DNA of 64,000 nucleotides from an uncultured Clostridia bacterium (GTDB lineage Bacteria; Bacillota; Clostridia; TANB77; CAG-508): NCBI GenBank assembly GCA_944387565.1, contig CALXFJ010000005.1, positions 1,333 to 65,332 of the forward strand, read 5' to 3'. Shown piece by piece: positions 39,758 to 46,647 of this stretch (position 1 is its first letter; each line of letters starts with the position of its first letter). The notes under the pieces were generated by a model. It saw only the letters and a program-made list of their open reading frames with translations, ran no database searches and was not told where the DNA came from. The position numbers and the translations under genes were made by a program.

Positions 39758-40360
39758 ATGACTAACATCATTAATGTTAAGCCCAATGAAATTGTCAGTT
39801 CTACTAAGTGGCATTTGTTCGCTTATGCTATTGATAATGGAATTGAGCCTCCGGAGCTTCATCCTCATACTAATCGGAATTCTGCACATCAAAGTCAAGA
39901 AGTAACATTTTCTAATAATGTGTACGATGGAATTGCAGCACAAGTAAATTTTGCTAACATCCTTGGTAATTTTGCTTTACGACTCATGAAAATCCACTAC
40001 ACTTGTAAAGAAATGCTAAACCTCAATCATGATGCAGAATCTCGCGAAGAATTCCAGAAAGATTTTATTGAAAGAGTCAATGCATTTTATTATTGGCTAA
40101 TTCAAGATCCCGATTATGGAATGCTTATCGATATTGAGCACCTAGAGCTGTCCCAGGACAACACTGGAATTCCAAACAACATTAAGCTTTTGGCTGCCCA
40201 AAACAAGCTCATTTGGAACATGATTGTTTCAATTAATGAGGATTTCATTGCAATTTGCAATGACCTTAAGCTCCCAACCAACTCACAAACTTCTCTTTTG
40301 CTTACTGAAATCTCTCATCAGATTTCAATTTTCAAGGAAAAGTATGTGATTCTCCGCTAA
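39758..40360 (+). CDS. Hypothetical protein, GC-richer orphan (likely acquired)
   Basis: 200-aa ORF with AAGGAG SD and no recognisable motif. Composition is visibly richer in G+C than its flanks. Contains an in-frame CGG at 39875-39877. Confidence 0.6.
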   Translation: MTNIINVKPNEIVSSTKWHLFAYAIDNGIEPPELHPHTNRNSAHQSQEVTFSNNVYDGIAAQVNFANILGNFALRLMKIHYTCKEMLNLNHDAESREEFQKDFIERVNAFYYWLIQDPDYGMLIDIEHLELSQDNTGIPNNIKLLAAQNKLIWNMIVSINEDFIAICNDLKLPTNSQTSLLLTEISHQISIFKEKYVILR

Positions 40361-40385
40361 GTAAAATAATATTTGCTTAGTGTCC

Positions 40386-40420
40386 AAAAGAGCTCTCTAC
40401 TTCTAGTAGAGAGTTCTTTT
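40386..40420. terminator. Bidirectional terminator between the orphan ORF and fba
   Basis: AAAAGAGCTCTCTAC-ttcta-GTAGAGAGTTCTTTT, a 15-bp stem with one mismatch, flanked by A/T runs on both sides. Confidence 0.75.
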
Positions 40421-40427
40421 TCATTTA

Positions 40428-41357
40428 TTATATTTTATTGCTTGAACCAAATACATCTTTCATTTTATGTGCAACAGTTTCTTTTATTAATTCTCTTGCT
40501 GGACCTAAATATTTTCTTGGGTCAAATACACTTGGTTCTTCTACAAATTCTTTTCTAATTCCTGCAGTCATAGCTAATCTTAGGTCTGTATCTACATTTA
40601 TTTTAGATACTCCTGAAATACTTGCTTCATGTAACATTTCATCTGGTACACCTTTTGCACCTGGAATGTTTCCTCCATATTTATTACATGTATCTACTAA
40701 TTCAGGAATAACTGTAGATGCTCCATGTAGTACTATTGGAGTATTTGGTATTCTTTCTTTTACTTCTTTTAATATATCAAATCTTAATTTTGCTTCACCT
40801 TTAAATTTATATGCTCCATGACTTGTTCCTATTGCTATTGCTAATGAATCACAACCTGTCCTTTTTACAAATTCTTCTGCTTGAGCTGGGTCTGTATACA
40901 TAGCATCCTTTGCTTCTACATTTACTTCATCTTCTATTCCTGCTAATTTTCCAAGCTCTGCTTCAACTACAACTCCTTTTGAATGAGCATAATCTACTAC
41001 TTGTTTTGTTAATCTAACATTTTCTTCGAAATCATATTTTGAACCATCTATCATAACAGATGTAAACCCATTATCAATACACATTTTTGCCGTTTCAAAA
41101 TCTGGTCCATGGTCTAAATGAATTGCTATTGGAACCTCTGGATGCTCTTCTACTGCAGCTTCTATCATTTTCATTAAATATCCTATTCTTGCATATTTTA
41201 TTGCACTTGCTGATGCTTGTAATATTACTGGTGATTTACATTCAGCAGCTGCATCTACTATTCCTTGTATTATTTCCATATTATTTACGTTAAATGCTCC
41301 TATTGCATATTTTCCATTCATTGCTTTTTCGAACATTTCCTTTGTTGTAACTAACAT
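40428..41357 (-). CDS. fba: Class II fructose-1,6-bisphosphate aldolase
   Basis: 309 aa. MLVTTKEMFEKAMNGKYAIGAFNVNNME.., HLDHG, and GTSHGAYKF motifs. Confidence 0.93.
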   Translation of the reverse strand: MLVTTKEMFEKAMNGKYAIGAFNVNNMEIIQGIVDAAAECKSPVILQASASAIKYARIGYLMKMIEAAVEEHPEVPIAIHLDHGPDFETAKMCIDNGFTSVMIDGSKYDFEENVRLTKQVVDYAHSKGVVVEAELGKLAGIEDEVNVEAKDAMYTDPAQAEEFVKRTGCDSLAIAIGTSHGAYKFKGEAKLRFDILKEVKERIPNTPIVLHGASTVIPELVDTCNKYGGNIPGAKGVPDEMLHEASISGVSKINVDTDLRLAMTAGIRKEFVEEPSVFDPRKYLGPARELIKETVAHKMKDVFGSSNKI

Positions 41358-41440
41358 AACTAATTCCTCCTTTAATATTTATTTTTACACTGCTATTTTA
41401 TTTCTAAACATTAAATATGTCAAGTTTTTAAGAAACAAAA

Positions 41441-41480
41441 TCCAGAAAAGAGGATGTATTATAACATCCTCCTTTCTGGA
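41441..41480 (-). terminator. Terminator of the paralogue array (after copy 5)
   Basis: TCCAGAAAAGAGGATGT..ACATCCTCCTTTCTGGA, a 17-bp stem with one mismatch. Confidence 0.7.
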
Positions 41481-41711
41481 TTAGCTACTTACTTTTTCTT
41501 CCAAATTATTACCATTTACTGAAATCAATTCAGTAACATTGGTTTTCTCTCCTTTACGAACACTCCCATTAACAAGAGTTTCTTCGGTTTGATCAAATAA
41601 TTGATAAGCATATGCTCCATCAGGTACTTTTACTTGAACATCACGACTTATAATTTCTTTGATTTCCGGAGATTTTCCTTCAAAAAAGAAAATAGCATAG
41701 TGCTTTAGCAT
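41481..41711 (-). CDS. Array paralogue 5 (N-terminal module only, 76 aa), unknown family
   Basis: MLKHYAIFFFEG..GAYAYQLFDQ.. aligns with the N-module of copies 1-4. Has its own promoter, leader and terminator. Confidence 0.6.
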   Translation of the reverse strand: MLKHYAIFFFEGKSPEIKEIISRDVQVKVPDGAYAYQLFDQTEETLVNGSVRKGEKTNVTELISVNGNNLEEKVSS

Positions 41712-41826
41712 GATTTGTCTCCTACTCTTTTTCTCATTACTAAAATTATAGTAATGATTTTGTGGTCATTTCTTCGTCTTTTAAACGAATTAGTTATATT
41801 ATACCATATTTTTTCAGTAAATGCAA
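41712..41826 (-). promoter_or_regulatory. Array leader cassette 5: promoter plus two hairpins
   Basis: -35 TTGCAT (41821-41826), -10 TATAAT (41798-41803, TG-extended). Hairpin TTCGT..ACGAA. 24-nt palindrome TCATTACTATAATTTTAGTAATGA (41734-41757). SD AGGAG. Confidence 0.7.
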
Positions 41827-41871
41827 TTAACATAAATAAGGAACCCCAAAAAGAGATTCCTTATTTGTTGA

Positions 41872-42483
41872 TTAGATGAGTTTATCTGTCTTTAGATATT
41901 TCCAATTGTGCTTTCCGACCTCAACTGTGCTTCCAAAACCATCTCTTTCCATCTTAGAAATCATGGTTTCATATGTAGGAATAAGTTTTTCTATTTCATC
42001 AATAGTAAAGATTTGACCTAAAACTTTAAAACCTTTATCATTATCAAATATCTCTCTTATTCCTATTGGCTTATTCTCATTATAAGTAAATGCATAAGTT
42101 CCATAAACACAGCTTGTGTCTGTAAAGCTACAATCTTCTAATCTAAATTGCTGCCATTTGCCTGACTCTAATCTTATTGCTTCCTTCCAATTATTCTTTT
42201 TCATATTTGGAAGAATTTTCTTAAATTCTGCAAGCAGAGATTTAAGCTCTTTTAAAGTATAGAATTTTTTTATAAAAGTAATCTTTGAAACATTTTCTTT
42301 ATTTTCAAAATTATTACTTTCTTTTCCAAAATTCATTTTACTTTCAAAGAAACGATAAGCAATAACATTAAGTGGCTTTTTTAGTATGTTGGGATTTTTC
42401 CTTGCTTGCCTACTTACTTTAACCATCTCATGATTAATTGAAGAGCCTTGCAAAACAAAATATTCCACAACTGTTACTTTCAT
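41872..42483 (-). CDS. Array paralogue 4, unknown family
   Basis: 203 aa. AYRFFES, NNWKEAIRLESGKWQQFRLED, and C-terminal VEVGKHNWKYLKTD. Confidence 0.7.
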   Translation of the reverse strand: MKVTVVEYFVLQGSSINHEMVKVSRQARKNPNILKKPLNVIAYRFFESKMNFGKESNNFENKENVSKITFIKKFYTLKELKSLLAEFKKILPNMKKNNWKEAIRLESGKWQQFRLEDCSFTDTSCVYGTYAFTYNENKPIGIREIFDNDKGFKVLGQIFTIDEIEKLIPTYETMISKMERDGFGSTVEVGKHNWKYLKTDKLI

Positions 42484-42588
42484 GATATTCTCCTAATCTA
42501 CTATTTAATTACTATATTTATAGTAATAATTATGCTTCGTATAATACGAATCATTTTAATTATATCACATTTAAGAAATAAATTCCAA
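42484..42588 (-). promoter_or_regulatory. Array leader cassette 4
   Basis: -35 TTGGAA (42583-42588), -10 TATAAT (42559-42564). Hairpin TTCGTA-tta-TACGAA. Palindrome ATTACTATAAATATAGTAAT (42508-42527). SD TAGGAG. Confidence 0.7.
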
Positions 42589-42635
42589 AAAGAAACCTCT
42601 TTTGAGGAAAAGAAAATATTTTCTTTTTTTTAAAA

Positions 42636-43217
42636 TTAATTTATTTTGTCTTCTTCTAAATGCCTCCATTTTCCGTTTGAAAACCTAACTGCATTAGATA
42701 AACCTTTATCTTCCATAAAGGTTATCAACCGATTATATTTTTTTACTAATTCTTTTACTTCATCAAAAGCATATGATATTCCTAAACATCTCGTATTTTT
42801 TAATGGAGTGATGATATCCTCGCTGTAATCTCCAATATATGCATATGGAATGGCTTGAATATCAGAAATAAAGTCATAATCGGTTTCTTCTAATTCTTGC
42901 CAATTGTTATGTTTTACACGCACAACTCGATTCCAATTATTTTCTTCCATTTCTGAAAATAGACTACTAAGTTCATTAAAACTTTCTTTAATCTCTTCCA
43001 AAGAATGTCTTTTACCACATAAAAATATCATAGGTGTATACTTTTTTGCCCCTAAAAAGGATTTTTCACCTATTGTTATTTCATTTTGGTTATAGAATCG
43101 ATATGCACAAGTATCATTAGGCAAGTTAGCAGATTCTATGCTTTGGTTTTCAACCTCCTTAAATTTGGGTGCATTGGGGTCATCTAGTAAGTAATATTCA
43201 ACAAAATACTTTATCAT
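42636..43217 (-). CDS. Array paralogue 3, unknown family
   Basis: 193 aa. AYRFYNQ, NNWNRVVRVKHNNWQELEETD, and C-terminal AVRFSNGKWRHLEEDK. In-frame CGG at 42729-42731. Confidence 0.7.
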   Translation of the reverse strand: MIKYFVEYYLLDDPNAPKFKEVENQSIESANLPNDTCAYRFYNQNEITIGEKSFLGAKKYTPMIFLCGKRHSLEEIKESFNELSSLFSEMEENNWNRVVRVKHNNWQELEETDYDFISDIQAIPYAYIGDYSEDIITPLKNTRCLGISYAFDEVKELVKKYNRLITFMEDKGLSNAVRFSNGKWRHLEEDKIN

Positions 43218-43328
43218 TTGTTCTCCATTCTATCAGTCATTACTAAATTTATAGTAATGATTTTATAATACAAGATTGCGTCAAATGCAATTCTTTCATA
43301 TTATAACATATTTTACATAATTTTGCAA
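43218..43328 (-). promoter_or_regulatory. Array leader cassette 3
   Basis: -35 TTGCAA (43323-43328), 17 nt, -10 TATAAT (43300-43305). Hairpin ATTGC..GCAAT. Palindrome TCATTACTATAAATTTAGTAATGA (43237-43260). Confidence 0.7.
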
Positions 43329-43366
43329 AAAAGAAACCCCTAATTTCAAGAGGTTTCTTTTTTAGA

Positions 43367-43981
43367 TTAGACGTCCATTACAACATCATCTTCTTCAAGC
43401 TCAAGCCATTTGCCATCTCGAGTTCTTACGAATCGATTAGCATTGCTATCTACCAGCTTCTGAATCTCAGGTACTCTAAGTGTCACATACTCAAGTGAAA
43501 CAGTCTCACCCAAGCAAATGCACTTATAGTTACTTGAAATTTCAACCAATGGTTCTTGACCTTTAAGGCCATTTACCTTTGGAATTGCAGAATCGTTAGG
43601 GAACAAAGCATATGCATAAGTAGCTTCATGTGAAGCTTCAATGAATGCATATTCTTCTTCCAACAGAGGTTTCCAACCTTCTTCAGGATCATTAACAATC
43701 CTATTCCAGCTGTTAGTCTCCATTGTAGGCATAAGTCCTTTATATGTTTCAAGGACCTTAGCAAGCTGTTCCTTAGTATGCTCTTTTCCAAAGTAAGTTG
43801 TCTCAGAAATATTATGCCTTTTCCTCATTTCTTTATTGTCAGAAAAGGGTTCTTGGTTATAGAATCGATATCCACGATCATTTTTTTCAAATTCAATTCC
43901 AAGAACATTAATATCTCTACTAGTAACTCGCTTTGAAACATAGCATCTTCCAGGCTTAAGAATTTCAATGTACGTGGGCAT
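43367..43981 (-). CDS. Array paralogue 2, unknown family
   Basis: 204 aa. GYRFYNQ, NSWNRIVNDPEEGWKPLLEEE, and C-terminal RFVRTRDGKWLELEEDD. GC-richer than the host. Confidence 0.7.
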   Translation of the reverse strand: MPTYIEILKPGRCYVSKRVTSRDINVLGIEFEKNDRGYRFYNQEPFSDNKEMRKRHNISETTYFGKEHTKEQLAKVLETYKGLMPTMETNSWNRIVNDPEEGWKPLLEEEYAFIEASHEATYAYALFPNDSAIPKVNGLKGQEPLVEISSNYKCICLGETVSLEYVTLRVPEIQKLVDSNANRFVRTRDGKWLELEEDDVVMDV

Positions 43982-44114
43982 TATAGTCTCCTAATCTTAT
44001 TAGTTCATCACTAAATTAATAGTAATGAAATTTGAATACTAGGTGGTACACTTATTGTAACTCGCTGTACCAACGAACCATTTCTATTATAACACATTTT
44101 ACATAAAATTACAA
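43982..44114 (-). promoter_or_regulatory. Array leader cassette 2
   Basis: -35 TTGTAA (44109-44114), 17 nt, -10 TATAAT (44086-44091). Longer hairpin TGGTACA..TGTACCA. Palindrome TCATTACTATTAATTTAGTGATGA (44005-44028; one position pairs only as G-U). Confidence 0.7.
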
Positions 44115-44150
44115 ATTATGCTAAATATTAAATTTTACTTACGAAATTAT

Positions 44151-44198
44151 CTAAATCAAAAAGGACTTACTTAAAAAAGTAAGTCCTTTTTGATTTAG
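44151..44198. terminator. Perfect 22-bp-stem hairpin after array copy 1
   Basis: CTAAATCAAAAAGGACTTACTT-aaaa-AAGTAAGTCCTTTTTGATTTAG. Confidence 0.8.
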
Positions 44199-44204
44199 AT
44201 TAGG

Positions 44205-44795
44205 TTAGTCGTTAATTACGAGGTTTCCCTTTTCATCATAACTGCAAACCTTATCCTCTTCCTTCAGAGGTTCCCAGTTTCCAGTCTGAGTCTTAACGAC
44301 TCGACTCAGCCCATTCCTCTCGATGGTCGCGATTGCATTCTTGCAATCAGTAACAGACTGATACCTTTCGTTCAAAGCTTCCAAGACAGTTTCTTCGTTG
44401 ATGAACTTTTCCATCTTGGAAACAATCTCCCGATATACTTCAACCAGAGAACTAGTAGGTACATTAGGAGCCTTGAACTTTTCGATAAGAGAGACAATCT
44501 CATTCAGCGGAACAAGTGTTTCCTCCATAAATGTTCCCATAAGATTGACAAGCTTCAACTCACACCTGCCAAGCTGTGCTTTAGCACCTTCATTGGTAAA
44601 CATCGTACCAACATAGTACAGAGGAGAAAGAATTTCCTTCTTCTCGCCAAATTCTCCATTATCGAAATAGGCATAGTCAGCATCTACTGGAATTTCATAT
44701 GCTGTGATGTCAATACCCAACTTTGCAACTTTAGAAAGAGTCTTGCCCTTACGGCCATTCTCTCCAATGGTAACAAAGTGAATGTAGTTAGTCAT
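44205..44795 (-). CDS. Array paralogue 1, unknown family
   Basis: Start at ATG 44795 (MTNYIHFVTIG; AGGAG 6 nt upstream). DYAYFDN, and C-terminal LSRVVKTQTGNWEPLKEEDK. GC-richer. In-frame CGG at 44430-44432. Confidence 0.7.
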   Translation of the reverse strand: MTNYIHFVTIGENGRKGKTLSKVAKLGIDITAYEIPVDADYAYFDNGEFGEKKEILSPLYYVGTMFTNEGAKAQLGRCELKLVNLMGTFMEETLVPLNEIVSLIEKFKAPNVPTSSLVEVYREIVSKMEKFINEETVLEALNERYQSVTDCKNAIATIERNGLSRVVKTQTGNWEPLKEEDKVCSYDEKGNLVIND

Positions 44796-44903
44796 AATAA
44801 CTCCTAATCTTAATGTTGATACTATATTTATAGTAACAAATAACTGCAATTCGTTTTATCAACGAATCTATTATATTGTACCACATTTTACATAAAATTG
44901 CAA
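44796..44903 (-). promoter_or_regulatory. Array leader cassette 1
   Basis: -35 TTGCAA (44898-44903), 17 nt, -10 TACAAT (44875-44880, TG-extended). Hairpin ATTCGTT..AACGAAT (44849-44867). Palindrome TACTATAAATATAGTA (44820-44835). Confidence 0.7.
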
Positions 44904-44915
44904 GCTTTTACATAT

Positions 44916-45884
44916 TTATTTTATAATTTCATAACCTTTGAGTTCTATTTGGTTCGAAATAAAATCTTTATTGTCATCAATTGGATTTGATAAATCTGTA
45001 GACAAATATTTTTTATTATCATCTGCAAAAACTGTAACAATTGGTTTATCTATAGTTTCACTCAAAATAGCAGCACCAATTAAATTTGCACCAGATGATA
45101 TACCAACACCTAGACCTAAATCAATAGCTAATTTTCTTGACATATTAACACTATCATCATCATTTACAAGAACTATTTTATCTATTTTCTCTTTATCCAA
45201 AAGTTCTGGTACAAAATCGTCTCCTATACCTTCTATCTTATGTTGCTTAATAATTTTTCCTGTAGATATTATAGGCATTTTATCAGGCTCTAATGCACAT
45301 ATCTTCATAAAATTATATTCTTCTTTTAATCTAGTTCCTGTTCCCATTAATGTCCCACCTGTTCCAACTCCTGAAATAAAAGCTCCTATTTTTTCAGGTA
45401 ATTTATCTATTATTTCTTTTGCGGTTGTTTCATAATGAGCATTGAAATTGTCTTTATTTGCAAATTGATTAGCTAAAAATCCATTTTTTTCTTCTGCCAT
45501 TTTTTTAGCTTCTTCAACACATTTTATAAATCCTCCATCTTCTTTAGAAATTAAAATTACATTTGCACCATAATTTTTCATCAATTTAATTCTTTCTTCA
45601 CTTGCCCAGTCAGGCATAAATATATATACTGGATGTTTAAAATATGCACCTAAAGCTGAAAGTGATATTCCAGTATTACCACTAGTTGCTTCTATAATTG
45701 GCATATTATCTTTTAATAATCCTTTTTCTTTGGCATTTTTTATAATATAATATGCTACCCTATCTTTAATACTTCCTGTTAAATTAAAATATTCTAATTT
45801 CGTGTATAATTTTCTTTTCTTTCCTTTATAAACATAATCTATTTTTATTAAAGGCGTATTTCCAATTAAAAGTTTATTAAACAT
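44916..45884 (-). CDS. cysK: Cysteine synthase (O-acetylserine sulfhydrylase), PLP-dependent
   Basis: 322 aa. PLP Lys motif LTGSIKDRVA, then SGNTGISLS and GVGTGGTLMG. Confidence 0.85.
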   Translation of the reverse strand: MFNKLLIGNTPLIKIDYVYKGKKRKLYTKLEYFNLTGSIKDRVAYYIIKNAKEKGLLKDNMPIIEATSGNTGISLSALGAYFKHPVYIFMPDWASEERIKLMKNYGANVILISKEDGGFIKCVEEAKKMAEEKNGFLANQFANKDNFNAHYETTAKEIIDKLPEKIGAFISGVGTGGTLMGTGTRLKEEYNFMKICALEPDKMPIISTGKIIKQHKIEGIGDDFVPELLDKEKIDKIVLVNDDDSVNMSRKLAIDLGLGVGISSGANLIGAAILSETIDKPIVTVFADDNKKYLSTDLSNPIDDNKDFISNQIELKGYEIIK

Positions 45885-45899
45885 ATTTTCTTCTCCTTT

Positions 45900-46599
45900 T
45901 TAACTATCTGTATTGTTTGTATCATTTTCTATACATTCTTGTTTCGGCTGCTCAAAACTTAAATACCAATTTATACCATTCCTATTTTTTTCTATACTTT
46001 CAACTCTTCCTTCTAATTCTTCATAAGTATTTGGTATTGGTACAATCATTGGTTGGTTTGGCATCCAATTTGCAGCTGTCGCTCCTCCATTACAATCCAC
46101 CATTTGTAGTGCTCTTACAGTTCTTAATATTTCTGGTATAAAACGTCCAACATTCATTGGATAAACTAATATTACCCTTATTATTCCTTTATCATCAATA
46201 ATAAATACATTTCTAACTGTTTGTGTATTACTTATTTCATTAGCAATCATACCATATTTTCTTGCAATTTCGCCATTTCTATCAGCTATAATTGGGAAAG
46301 ATATTTTTATTCCAGTTCTACAATAAATATCATACATCCATGCTAAATGTGAAGAATTACTATCTACACTTAGTCCAAGAAGTTCTGTATTCATTTGTTT
46401 AAAATATGTATGAGCTCTAGTAAAACCTATCATTTCAGTTGTGCAAACCGGTGTAAAATCTCCGTGGGTGTGAAAAAAGAACCAACCATTTTCCTTTATA
46501 ATCATCTAGACTTATATTACCAAAAGATGTTTCAGCTTCAAAATTTGGAGCTTTTTGACCTATTCTAACATTATTATTTACCATTAATTCATAATCCAT
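45900..46599 (-). CDS. Peroxiredoxin (Prx6/1-Cys-like AhpC-TSA family), frame-interrupted at CGG 46462-46464
   Basis: From ATG 46599 (GGAG upstream): MDYELMVNNNVRIGQKAPNFEAETSFGNISLDDYKGKWLVLFSHP, then CGG. The +1 frame continues GDFTPVCTTEMIGF.. to the stop at 45900. The ORF track shows only the distal part. Confidence 0.85.
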
Positions 46600-46647
46600 A
46601 AAAATAAACTCCTTTCATTTTTATATTATGAAAAGAGTTTATTTTTG

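Noticed and set aside
39653-39760. Looked for ssrA (tmRNA) directly downstream of smpB.
   Set aside because: No GGGG-type 5' end, tag-reading-frame region or tRNA-like ..CCACCA 3' end is present. The stretch is a promoter plus SD for the orphan ORF.
39256-39943. Minus-strand ORFs 39256-39570 and 39743-39943, and ORF 43573-43791.
   Set aside because: They are antisense to smpB, the orphan ORF and array copy 2 respectively. They have no SD and no conservation signal.
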